40,490 nucleotides of DNA, taken from contig CAXNIK010000002.1 in NCBI GenBank assembly GCA_964202115.1, positions 1 to 40,490 on the forward strand, written 5' to 3'. Below the pieces are notes generated by a model that saw only the letters and a list, made by a program, of their open reading frames with translations, searched no databases and had not been told where the DNA came from. Within the stretch, counting starts at the first letter, position 1. Each line of letters starts with the position of its first letter. This document shows positions 9,651-18,557 of the stretch, one piece after another. Source of the stretch: Burkholderiales bacterium. GTDB taxonomy: Bacteria > Pseudomonadota > Gammaproteobacteria > Burkholderiales > SG8-39. A program made the position numbers and the translations under genes.

Positions 9651-10634
9651 ATGGGAGTGCAGGATCCGATATCGAAGTCATGCGCTGGGCAGTTGGCTGC
9701 GCAGGGGGACGGCACTGCGCATCGTCACGGCATTGCGGTCCTGATTCCCTGTCTCAATGAGGAAGTCACCATAGGCAAAGTGGTGAGGGACTTCGCGCTG
9801 GCGCTTCCCGGGGCGGTAATTTACGTGTTCGACAACGCCTCTTCGGATCGCACCGTGGAAGTGGCACGCAATGCCGGTGCGCGCGTCATTCATTCGCCGC
9901 AGCGTGGCAAGGGCAATGTCATCCGGCACATGAAGCGCGCCGTCGATGCCGATATTTTCGTGCTGGTCGATGGCGATGGCACCTATCCGGCCTCGGCGGC
10001 TCCTGAATTGATAGATCGGTTTCGCAAGGAGCGGCTCGACATGCTGGTTGCAACCCGCCTGGAGCAGCATCACGCGGGAGCGTTCCGCCTGTTCCATCGG
10101 TTCGGTAACCGGTTCATCAGCTGGCTAGTCTCGGTGCTTTTCTCAGTACGTGTCGGCGACGTGCTTTCGGGTTACCGCATTCTGTCGAGGCAATTCTTCA
10201 GGATGGTTCCGCTGCAGGCGCGGGGCTTCGAAATCGAGACCGAACTTACTCTGCAGGCGGCAGGAAAGTCCTTCGGCATCCGGGAAGTTCCCGTCGAATA
10301 CGGAGCCCGGCCGGAGAACAGCCATTCCAAGCTGAACACTGTTGGCGACGGCTTCATCATCCTGCGATGCCTCGTGCTAATTTTCAAGGACTACAAGCCG
10401 CTGTTATTCTTTTCCGTGATTGCCGGCATTCTGGCGCTGGCTTCGCTTGCTGCCGGCATCGGCCCGGTTCTGGAGTTTTACGAGACAGGAATTGTGCTGC
10501 GGGTTCCACGGGCGATTCTCGCCGCAGGGCTGGGCATACTCGCCACGCTCAGTTTCTCCGTCGGCCTGATCTTGGATACGGTCGCCAAGTACCACAACGA
10601 GACTATGGAACTCTGGCGCCAGCACCTGCACTGA
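9651..10634 (+). CDS. GT2 polyprenyl-phosphate glycosyltransferase (second GtrB/DPM1-like) with C-terminal TM helices
   Basis: IAVLIPCLNEEVTIGKVV...VFDNASSDRT, LVDGDGTYP (DxD), and two C-terminal TM helices. The ORF opens at TTG 9630; ATG 9651 is preceded by GGGAG at 5 nt and is preferred. Confidence 0.85.
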   Translation: MGVQDPISKSCAGQLAAQGDGTAHRHGIAVLIPCLNEEVTIGKVVRDFALALPGAVIYVFDNASSDRTVEVARNAGARVIHSPQRGKGNVIRHMKRAVDADIFVLVDGDGTYPASAAPELIDRFRKERLDMLVATRLEQHHAGAFRLFHRFGNRFISWLVSVLFSVRVGDVLSGYRILSRQFFRMVPLQARGFEIETELTLQAAGKSFGIREVPVEYGARPENSHSKLNTVGDGFIILRCLVLIFKDYKPLLFFSVIAGILALASLAAGIGPVLEFYETGIVLRVPRAILAAGLGILATLSFSVGLILDTVAKYHNETMELWRQHLH

Positions 10635-10655
10635 ATCGGGGTGAAGAAGCGGCCG

Positions 10656-11648
10656 TTATGGCTGGGACGAGGGTGCCGCCTTCATCTCCAGGGTGGCATC
10701 GCACATGTTCGCGATGACCCCATCCACTTGCGTTTTCGCGGCCCAACCGAGCCTGTGCCAGGCTTTCTCCGGGTTAGCCCGTCCCACCCGGATATCGGAG
10801 GGCCTGAGCAGGGATGGATCGGAGGCCACATATCGATTCCAGTCCAGTCCAAAATGCGAAAAGGCCTTTTCGACGAAGTAGGCCAGTGAAACTGTCCGGC
10901 CGGTGGAAATCACAAAATCCTCGGCTGTCTCCAGTTGCAGCATGAGCCACATGGCTTCCACATACTCTGGGGCCCAGCCCCAATCGCGATAGATGTCTAG
11001 ATTACCCAGAAGTAGTCTCTCGGGGCTGCCCCGTGCGATGCGGGCTGCCGCCCTGACGATCTTCTGCGTCACGAATCGATCCGGCCTCAATTGCGACTCG
11101 TGATTGAACAATATGCCGGTGCAGGCATGTATCCGGTACGCCTCGCGATAGTTGACGACCAGGTGATGGGCGGAGGCCTTGGCCACGGCGTATGGGCTGC
11201 GCGGGTGGAAGGGCGTCTCCTCGGTAGCAGGGCTGTCGCCAGTGTCCCCGAAGCATTCTCCCGTACCGGCGCTGTAGTAGCGTATCGGCTGCCCGAGGAA
11301 TCGGATGGACTCGAGCAGGTTCAGTGTCCCCATGGCGATGCTCTCCATGCTTTCCACGGGCTGCTGAAACGAAAGACCGACGGAACTCTGCCCGGCCAGA
11401 TTGTAGATCTCATCCGGGGCGGCATCCTTGATCGCAGCCAGCACACTACCGAAATCGCTGATCGCCATCGACACGGTTTGCACCCTGGCACGAAGTCCCA
11501 GGCGCGCCAGGTTGTCGAAAGACGCAGCCATGGCATCACGCGAGGTGCCGATGACCTCGTAGCCCTTGTCCAGCAACAGCTTTGCCAGATAGGCGCCGTC
11601 CTGGCCGCTGATGCCGCAGATCAGCGCACGCCTAGTCCTTGTGCTCAA
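10656..11648 (-). CDS. gmd: GDP-mannose 4,6-dehydratase, short (Pseudomonas-like) form
   Basis: [47 protein letters not shown] (YxxxK), [29 protein letters not shown] start at 11648 overlaps the rmd stop by 17 nt. It sits directly downstream of rmd, as in the P. aeruginosa rmd-gmd pair. Confidence 0.85.
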   Translation of the reverse strand: MSTRTRRALICGISGQDGAYLAKLLLDKGYEVIGTSRDAMAASFDNLARLGLRARVQTVSMAISDFGSVLAAIKDAAPDEIYNLAGQSSVGLSFQQPVESMESIAMGTLNLLESIRFLGQPIRYYSAGTGECFGDTGDSPATEETPFHPRSPYAVAKASAHHLVVNYREAYRIHACTGILFNHESQLRPDRFVTQKIVRAAARIARGSPERLLLGNLDIYRDWGWAPEYVEAMWLMLQLETAEDFVISTGRTVSLAYFVEKAFSHFGLDWNRYVASDPSLLRPSDIRVGRANPEKAWHRLGWAAKTQVDGVIANMCDATLEMKAAPSSQP

Positions 11649-12543
11649 GCAGTTCCCTTGTCCAGTAGGTCAGAATGTCGGCAAGGGTCTGGTCCAGCGG
11701 TATCCGTGGGACCCAGCCGGTTTCGATTCCAAGCTTGGTCTTGCTTCCGCGAACACGGCGTTGCTCGCTGGTCCTGAACCTGGCCGTATCGGGCCGCAGT
11801 TCCACCTTCAAGCTAGCCAGTTCGCACATGCGCTCCACCAAAGAACGCATGGAATGTTCCTCGCCGGAGCAGACATTATAGATTTCGCCATTCCTGCCTT
11901 GGTCCAGAAGCAGCCAGTAGGCGCTGACCACGTCGCGCACGTCGGTGAAGTCGCGCGTGGTGTCTATGTCACCGACATGGATCACCGGCTCGGTCTTGCC
12001 CAGCCTGATGGCCGCCACCTGGCGTCCGAAATCGGCCACCGCGAAGCGCTCGCTCTGACCAGGGCCGATGTGGTTGAACGGACGGGCGGTCACGATCTCG
12101 AATTGTTCCGTCTGGCTCCATTGGTAGCAAAGTGCCTCGGCAGCAGTCTTGGCCACGGCATAGGGGCTCAGTGGCCGCGGGAGACGGTCTTCTCCCACGG
12201 GAAGCTCCCCGGGGTTCAGCAACCCGTAGACCTCGCTGGAACTGACAAACAGCATGCGGCCGGAGAATCCGCAGTCGCGTAGCGCGACCAGCACGTTGAG
12301 CGTGCCGAGAAAGTTGATGTCGTAGGTGTCGCGGGGGTTTTGAAATGACTCGCGCAGCGTGGTAATGGCGGCCAGATTGACGACCTGGTCTGGCTGCTCC
12401 CTGGATATCAGCGCGCGCAGTTTCTCCAGGTCCCTGACGTCGGCGTCGCGACCGGTGGCGGCTACCACCGACGTGGCCTCGACGGAGGCGCGCATGTGGT
12501 TGCCCACAAAGCCGGTTCCACCAATCAGCAGGACCTTCTTCAT
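11632..12543 (-). CDS. rmd: GDP-6-deoxy-D-mannose (GDP-4-dehydro-D-rhamnose) reductase
   Basis: 303 aa with LLIGGTGFVGNH, LSPYAVAKTAAEAL, ARPFNHIGPGQ, GDIDTTRDFTDVRDVVSAY, YNVCSG, EQRRVRGS. These match my recollection of P. aeruginosa Rmd almost block for block. ATGA overlap with the upstream GT4 gene. Confidence 0.85.
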   Translation of the reverse strand: MKKVLLIGGTGFVGNHMRASVEATSVVAATGRDADVRDLEKLRALISREQPDQVVNLAAITTLRESFQNPRDTYDINFLGTLNVLVALRDCGFSGRMLFVSSSEVYGLLNPGELPVGEDRLPRPLSPYAVAKTAAEALCYQWSQTEQFEIVTARPFNHIGPGQSERFAVADFGRQVAAIRLGKTEPVIHVGDIDTTRDFTDVRDVVSAYWLLLDQGRNGEIYNVCSGEEHSMRSLVERMCELASLKVELRPDTARFRTSEQRRVRGSKTKLGIETGWVPRIPLDQTLADILTYWTRELLEHKD

Positions 12544-13697
12544 GCGGTCTGCCCGAACGCATTGACGGCCAGGCGAAGCCGCCGCTTGAATTCTGGAATG
12601 CCCCAGGCCGATGCGTGTCGGACCAGATAATCAGGGTCGAATCCGGCGCGCTCGAACCGTCGCACAGCCTCCACCAGGGCATCGGCTGTCTGCTGATGAA
12701 AAAAGACCGCTGTGGCCGATGCGTCGTTGCCGAGCCTTTCATCCCAGGGAATCATGGTCTCGGTGATGCCGCCTTCACCGTAACAGATGACTGGGGTGCC
12801 GCTGGCATTGGCTTCGAGGGGGATGAGGCCATATTCCAGGAAAGGGGTGAACACTACTGCCTTGGCCACGGCGTACTCGCGGGCCAGCGCGGCGTCGTCG
12901 ACGCCGCCCAGGAAGCTGATGTTGGACTGCGCCATGGCTCGCAGCCGCGTCTCTTCCTTCCCCGTGCCGATGATGCGCAATGGCAACCCCAGTCTGTTGA
13001 AAGCCTCGATCGCGTAATCCACCCGCTTCCACTGCTCCAGGCGCGACACCACAAGGTAGTGCTCGCCGTGCTTCTCGGAGGGGGCGAATTTTTCCAGGTC
13101 GATGGGTGAGAAAATGACCCGGGAGTCCCTGTGATAGGTGTCGGCAATATGCTTGCGGGTCGTCTCGGATATGGCAATGAATTGGTCGACGTGCCTGGCT
13201 GCGTGCAAGTCCCGGTTGCGCAACCAGGTCAGCATGGGCCTGATCAAGTGTGCCTTGACGCTTGCGCCGAAATACTCGTAGGTCTGCCACAGTGCGCGGG
13301 TGGGGATGTAGCAGTAGCAGATGTGCTTCCCGTTGGGGACCCGGACGTACTTTGCCACCGTTGCGGATGAGCTGAGAACGATGTCGTATTGCCCAAGATC
13401 CAGCGACTCCATCACGTAGGTCGACAGCGGGAATGACCATCGAAACGCATCCATGGAGCGCACGAAAGGGTTCACCCATGTCGTCCTGATGCCGCGCCCC
13501 CGGAAATAGGCCAAGGTCCTATCCGGATTGTATGCGAGGGTGTAGGCATCGGCCTCGGCGAATTCCTCGCAGATGTACTGAAACACCCGCTCGGAACCAC
13601 CGATGCCGCACAGATAGTCGTGGACGACGGCAATCTTCAATGCTGCGCCTGCACCGGTTGTCGCCCTCCTCTGCGGACCTGCCCGCGCATCATCCAC
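12540..13697 (-). CDS. GT4-family (GT-B fold) glycosyltransferase
   Basis: LKIAVVHDYL N-terminus and an E-x7-E region (PFLEYGLIPLEANASGTPVICY). The ORF opens at GTG 13697; an alternative TTG at 13640 would give MKIAVVH. Confidence 0.8.
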   Translation of the reverse strand: MDDARAGPQRRATTGAGAALKIAVVHDYLCGIGGSERVFQYICEEFAEADAYTLAYNPDRTLAYFRGRGIRTTWVNPFVRSMDAFRWSFPLSTYVMESLDLGQYDIVLSSSATVAKYVRVPNGKHICYCYIPTRALWQTYEYFGASVKAHLIRPMLTWLRNRDLHAARHVDQFIAISETTRKHIADTYHRDSRVIFSPIDLEKFAPSEKHGEHYLVVSRLEQWKRVDYAIEAFNRLGLPLRIIGTGKEETRLRAMAQSNISFLGGVDDAALAREYAVAKAVVFTPFLEYGLIPLEANASGTPVICYGEGGITETMIPWDERLGNDASATAVFFHQQTADALVEAVRRFERAGFDPDYLVRHASAWGIPEFKRRLRLAVNAFGQTA

Positions 13698-14955
13698 TCT
13701 TGCGGATCACTTCCACCTCTGGCAGGGGAAAGATCATGCCCACGCCGCGCTCGATCATTGCCTTTTCCCTGTCCAGGAACTCGGCCTTGAAATGCCACGG
13801 GAGAACCAGGTAGTAATCCGGTGCCAGCGCCCGGGATTTTTCCTCGCTGATGATGGGGATATCGGTGCCCAGGGTCTTTGCGCCATCCTTGTCCGGGTTG
13901 CGGTCGGACGCATAATCGACGAGCAGATTGTCTATCCCGCACCACTGCAGGATGGTGTTGCCCTTGGTGGAGGCGCCGTAGAGATGGATGACCTTGCCTT
14001 CCGCCTTGAGTTTCTTCAGCAGGGTGATCAGCTCGTCCCGGTGCTTCTCTATCCTTTCCTGAAAGTGCCTGTAGGGTTTGTCGGTATCCAGCTCGAGATC
14101 GAACTCCTCCTGTCGAAGCGCATCCAGATCCCGCGCAAACTCGGGCCTCTTGTAGGAGAAGTTATCGGCATGGCTTGCATAGCAGCGTATGCTTCCGCCG
14201 TTGATGCCGTTCAGGCCCGCGCGCACAATCTTCATTCCGGCGCGGCCAAGAATGTTCTCCAGCACCGCCAGGCTGTAGTACTCTAGGTGCTCGTGGCAGA
14301 TGGTGTCGTAGGAGTTCATCCTGAGCATGGAAGGCATATAGGACATCTCGAATATCCAGATGCCGTCCCTGGCCAGGAACTCCTTCACGTTCAGCACGAA
14401 CGCCACCGGATCCTCCAGATCGTAGAACATCGCGATCGAGGTAATGATGTCGAACGGCCTGCCTTGAATGTCGGTTTTCAGTTCCGCGGAGGGAAAGGTG
14501 TCCTGTATGACCCTGATGCCGTCGCCGACTTCCTGGGCCACATCCGATGGGTCCACCCCGTACTTGACGAAGTCGCGCGGATAGCATTTCAGCAGCGTTC
14601 CGTCGTTGCAGCCGATGTCCAGCACGCGGGCATCCCTGGCCTTGACCATGCCCGCAGCCTCCTCGGCGATGCCCTTGAGGTGATCGCGCATGGTCTGGTT
14701 CGTGCCGGATCTGTACCAGTATGCCGAATAGAGAATCTTCGACGGCACCGAGTGGACCATCTGCAGCAGCCCGCAGGCCTTTTCGTCCCGCGTGGGATCG
14801 CACCTGACCAGCACGGTGGGGATTCTTCGCATCGGCGGCAGTTCCTTGCCCGGCTTGACGAACGAGCCTTGCAAATACTGCTCCCCCAGGTCGATGACCT
14901 TGGTGAGAGCGGATGATCCGCATACGCGGCAGGTGTTGCGGTGGATGAGATGCAT
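13690..14955 (-). CDS. NDP-hexose C-methyltransferase-like protein (TylC3-type architecture: Zn-ribbon + class I MTase + C-terminal domain)
   Basis: 421 aa with ATG at 14955. N-terminal Cys pairs CRVCGS ... VRCDPTRDEKACGLLQM, then YWYRSGTNQTMRDH, the SAM motif VLDIGCNDGTLL, and a Rossmann-like C-terminal domain (KVIHLYGASTKGNTILQ). Confidence 0.7.
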   Translation of the reverse strand: MHLIHRNTCRVCGSSALTKVIDLGEQYLQGSFVKPGKELPPMRRIPTVLVRCDPTRDEKACGLLQMVHSVPSKILYSAYWYRSGTNQTMRDHLKGIAEEAAGMVKARDARVLDIGCNDGTLLKCYPRDFVKYGVDPSDVAQEVGDGIRVIQDTFPSAELKTDIQGRPFDIITSIAMFYDLEDPVAFVLNVKEFLARDGIWIFEMSYMPSMLRMNSYDTICHEHLEYYSLAVLENILGRAGMKIVRAGLNGINGGSIRCYASHADNFSYKRPEFARDLDALRQEEFDLELDTDKPYRHFQERIEKHRDELITLLKKLKAEGKVIHLYGASTKGNTILQWCGIDNLLVDYASDRNPDKDGAKTLGTDIPIISEEKSRALAPDYYLVLPWHFKAEFLDREKAMIERGVGMIFPLPEVEVIRKSG

Positions 14956-15041
14956 TGGAACCCGTGCTCCCGATCAATCAATTGTCAGACAAAACGAACC
15001 AAGTTTACCTGGCCGCCTGGAAAAAACGGCCTTTTACGTTT

Positions 15042-16151
15042 TTACTGTATCAGCAAACCGCGCATCACTTCACAGGTTCTGGCGATGCAGGCGTCCCAGG
15101 TGAACTGCCGGGCATGCGCCCGCCCCTTGCGGATAAGCGAGTCGCGCAAGGCATGATTGCCGAGCAGTTCCCTGATCCTGGCGGCAATGTCTTCCGGCCG
15201 GCGTGGATCGCAATACAACGCCGCGTCACCGCAAATTTCGGGCAGGGAGGCTGCATTGGAGGCGATCACCGGGCTGCCAGAGGCCATCGCTTCCAGCGGC
15301 GGCAGTCCAAATCCCTCGTAGAGCGATGGAAAGACAAACGCGTCGGCATGCGCCATGTACTGCTTCAGCGACTCATCAGTCACATAACCCGTGAAGTTTA
15401 CCCTGCCCAGCAGCCTTTCGGCGTCGAACATGGAGGCCGTGTCCCCGGTGATGAACCCCTCCTTCTTGCCGACGATTAGCAGATCATGCCCGATGTCATT
15501 GGTGACCAAGGTGAAGGCTTTGACTAGGGCGCCCAGGTTCTTGTGAGGCTTGACGTTGCCGACGTAAAGCAGATATGGCCTGCCATGGGGGTTTGCCAGC
15601 CTGGGAATGTCAAACCACGAGTCGTCGACCCCGAGATGAATGGGATGGATGGGCTGAGCCTGCGGCCTTTCACCGGTATATCGGATCAGTTCATCTCTGG
15701 TGAACCGCGAGATGGTAATGATCGCTGCGGCCTTTCGCCTGACCGCCTCGAACATGCACCGTGCATAGACGGACTTGTGCCACCCCCCCACCAGTTCGGG
15801 CATGGCTACATGGAAAAGGTCGTATACCGTGACCAGCATCCTGCCCCGGTAAAGCAGTGGAACATTGTAGTGGGTGGCTAAGTACAGCCGCGTGGACCTG
15901 GGGATCTTCCGGGCGATCTCGAACTGCTCTCTTACCGAGTACATCGAGGCCGCGGCCGATACCGGGATGACATTTGCCTGGCGCAGCAGGCCGTGGCGTT
16001 GCATTTCCCCGGGATCACCGAGCAGGCAGAAGTCTTCCCGGGGGAAGGCCGCAATTATTCCGGGAACGAGATTTCTCAGATAGGTGCCGATTCCGGAAAC
16101 CGAAAGCCATCTGACATCAATTGTGATCATGGACGATGCCGCGTCGGACAT
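15042..16151 (-). CDS. GT4-family glycosyltransferase
   Basis: [45 protein letters not shown] (E-x7-E). ATG at 16151, with an alternative ATG at 16130. It overlaps the upstream gene's stop at 16117. Confidence 0.85.
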   Translation of the reverse strand: MSDAASSMITIDVRWLSVSGIGTYLRNLVPGIIAAFPREDFCLLGDPGEMQRHGLLRQANVIPVSAAASMYSVREQFEIARKIPRSTRLYLATHYNVPLLYRGRMLVTVYDLFHVAMPELVGGWHKSVYARCMFEAVRRKAAAIITISRFTRDELIRYTGERPQAQPIHPIHLGVDDSWFDIPRLANPHGRPYLLYVGNVKPHKNLGALVKAFTLVTNDIGHDLLIVGKKEGFITGDTASMFDAERLLGRVNFTGYVTDESLKQYMAHADAFVFPSLYEGFGLPPLEAMASGSPVIASNAASLPEICGDAALYCDPRRPEDIAARIRELLGNHALRDSLIRKGRAHARQFTWDACIARTCEVMRGLLIQ

Positions 16152-17445
16152 GCTTTTTCAGGGCGACACCGTGTCGATGGAAGGCCAGCAGGATTCCGTA
16201 GGCGAACCAGAAGAAGGTGAGCATGTGGGATGCATAGGTCAACCCGTCGATCAGGATGGCGGTCATGGCGCAATACGCGCCCACGAACATGGCCAGCATG
16301 CCGCCGTCCCGGTCCCGCTGCAGCATGGCCAGCGAGCGCAGCGGCAACACCAGCGCGGCCAGGACGGCAAGCAGGTAGGACAGCATTCCCAGCATTCCCA
16401 GTTCTGCGAAAATGTCCGCCAGAACATTGCCCGTGGTGGCGCTGTCCTCGCCGAAAATGTGAGGAATGTTGCCCAGACCGATGCCGGCAATGAAGGTGGG
16501 CAGCGATGAGGATGCGGCCGACACCGCCGCGGTCATGGCCTCGAGCCTGAGATTGGCCGTGGCGTCTCCCCCTGCCAGCAAGGAGAGCAGGCGGCCGAGT
16601 AATGCGGTCAGAATTTCGGCGACGGCGACGGCATTCCAGAAGAGCACGGCCAGCACGGCGGCCGCGAGGGCCAGTGCCCGGCGTGCCTGGGGCAGCAGGG
16701 CGCGGATCTCGTCGATCCGGTGTGCGACCGCCAGTGCGGCCATGGCGAAAAGCCCGGCGGCAAAACCCAGTATCCCGCCACGTGAAAATGTCAGGGCTTG
16801 CGCAACCAGCACCACCAGCAGGCCGCCACGGTAGGCCCAGCGCTCCCACCCTGGCAGCGATTTCTGGAACAGGAGCGCCGCGAGCAGGAAACCGAAGGGC
16901 AGGCACAGAAACTGGGAGAATTCATTGGCTTCGGCGAAGAAGGAACGCACTCGAGGCAGGCCCTGTTCCGTGCTTGTGATCCAGTAAACCTGAAGGTTCT
17001 CCGGGAAGAAGAACAGCTCGACGATTCCCCAGGCGGCGATGAGGATGCCGGGATAAGTGACCCAGCGGAGGGTCTGGACGATCTGCGCACGGGACCATCT
17101 CTGGGCAACGAGCGCGGACAGCGTGATCATGGCAATCAACAGCAAGGTTTGCTTGAACCATAGATCAAGGCGGTTGGCATTGAGTCCTGATAGCAGTACG
17201 CTCAGAACCAAGGGCAGCACAAGTACGATGGCTGTGGTATTGGGAATGATGAGTGCTCCCCGCAGGCACGCCTTCATGAAGATGGAAGCGGCAAACGCCA
17301 CCAACAGAACTTCCCACATCCGGATATTGGCGCCACCTACCTGTCCAACTGCCACGGTACCAAACCCCAGCGAACCCACCAGCAGACCGTACAACCAGCT
17401 GGAGAACGCCGTGTTGCCGCCTATATACATGCTGAGAGACTTCAT
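16117..17445 (-). CDS. O-antigen ligase/polymerase family (Wzy_C-domain) polytopic membrane protein
   Basis: About 442 aa counted from ATG 17445 (MKSLSMYIGG), which forms an ATGA overlap with the upstream GT4 stop. It has 10-12 TM helices and a Wzy_C-like block, LVAQALTFSRGGILGFAAGLFAMAALAV, followed by a large loop. Confidence 0.7.
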   Translation of the reverse strand: MKSLSMYIGGNTAFSSWLYGLLVGSLGFGTVAVGQVGGANIRMWEVLLVAFAASIFMKACLRGALIIPNTTAIVLVLPLVLSVLLSGLNANRLDLWFKQTLLLIAMITLSALVAQRWSRAQIVQTLRWVTYPGILIAAWGIVELFFFPENLQVYWITSTEQGLPRVRSFFAEANEFSQFLCLPFGFLLAALLFQKSLPGWERWAYRGGLLVVLVAQALTFSRGGILGFAAGLFAMAALAVAHRIDEIRALLPQARRALALAAAVLAVLFWNAVAVAEILTALLGRLLSLLAGGDATANLRLEAMTAAVSAASSSLPTFIAGIGLGNIPHIFGEDSATTGNVLADIFAELGMLGMLSYLLAVLAALVLPLRSLAMLQRDRDGGMLAMFVGAYCAMTAILIDGLTYASHMLTFFWFAYGILLAFHRHGVALKKHVRRGIVHDHN

Positions 17446-18557
17446 GTTCCGTGCGCCGCGTAATTGTCCGCCCTTCCGATGAGGACACCTGCCAGGATTT
17501 TGCCGCTTGCTTCCCAGGTAGGCAGGCTGGTTCGTTCGGTGCCGGACTTTCGTGGCTGAGACAATGCCTTCAGCATGCCTTCGCACAAGCCTGGAAGCGT
17601 CGGCGCAACATACACTGCATCATCCCCGCCGGCTTCGCGCAGCTCGGGAAGGTCGCTTGTCAGAACCCGCGTCCCGCAGGCGCGGGCCTCGGCGACAGGC
17701 ATGCCGAATCCTTCGTACTTCGACGGAAAGACGAACAATTCCGCGCCAGCGTAAAGGCATGGCAGATCCTCGTCAGTGACATAACCCATCGCGATTACGT
17801 CATTATCGTGCGCCTCGTCCAGCCGTTCGCCCAGCGCTTTTGCCCGCCATCCTTTGCCGCCGGCGAGGATCAGGGAATAGCCGGGGAGTCGGCCTTGTTT
17901 CTTGAGCGCGAGAAATGCCTCCAGCAGCAAGGCGGTGTTCTTCCTCGGTTCGCGTGTTGCAACCGAAAGAATGTAGGGCGGAGCGATAGCATGGCGCTTC
18001 AGACAGGCGGCGACTGCCTCCATTGATTGCGGCCTGAAAGCATCAGCTACCGCCGGATAAACGGTGACGGGCGTGCGTGATTCGAGCTGCTCGCTTATGC
18101 GTGCGGCAGTGCCGTGTGAGTTGGTCATGACGGCATGGGCTCGTCTGAGGTCCGCGCGAAAAAAAAGCTGGTGCGCCCAGCGATGAAAGGTGGACATACT
18201 TTCTGGGGCGATTTTGAACGTTACGTCATGAACCGTGACGGCCATGCGGATATTACCAGCCAGTGGCGGCAGGAAGGCGGCCACACCCCAGAAAATATCC
18301 AGATTGTCCTCGCGGCACAACCGGCCGCAACGCAGTTTCAGCCACAGCACCGGTTTCATGCGCCGGGCCAGGGGGAAGGGGTCCAGCCGCAGCGTCCAGC
18401 GCGCCGACGCCACCGGCATTTCTACCGGCATGTTGCTGTAGACGTAGAACTCGGCATCCGGGATCAGGCGATCCAGTTGCCGGCACAGTTCGAAGGCGTA
18501 GCGGCCAACGCCTGTGCGCAGGCCCTGCAATGGCCGTCCGTCTATGCCGATTCTCAT
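17442..18557 (-). CDS. GT4-family glycosyltransferase
   Basis: Start MRIGIDGRPLQG at ATG 18557 (ATGA overlap with the GT9 stop). The long N-terminal extension in the ORF track up to 18872 is Arg/Cys-rich and overlaps the GT9 gene. E-x7-E block: FVFPSKYEGFGMPVAEARACGTRVL. Confidence 0.85.
   Translation of the reverse strand: MRIGIDGRPLQGLRTGVGRYAFELCRQLDRLIPDAEFYVYSNMPVEMPVASARWTLRLDPFPLARRMKPVLWLKLRCGRLCREDNLDIFWGVAAFLPPLAGNIRMAVTVHDVTFKIAPESMSTFHRWAHQLFFRADLRRAHAVMTNSHGTAARISEQLESRTPVTVYPAVADAFRPQSMEAVAACLKRHAIAPPYILSVATREPRKNTALLLEAFLALKKQGRLPGYSLILAGGKGWRAKALGERLDEAHDNDVIAMGYVTDEDLPCLYAGAELFVFPSKYEGFGMPVAEARACGTRVLTSDLPELREAGGDDAVYVAPTLPGLCEGMLKALSQPRKSGTERTSLPTWEASGKILAGVLIGRADNYAAHGT

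Noticed and set aside
11969-17163. Numerous 100-270-aa alternative-frame ORFs (e.g. 11969..12742, 12775..13479, 14162..14977, 16127..16906, 16798..17163)
   Set aside because: All overlap confidently assigned genes and have Arg/Pro/Gly-biased, motif-free translations.
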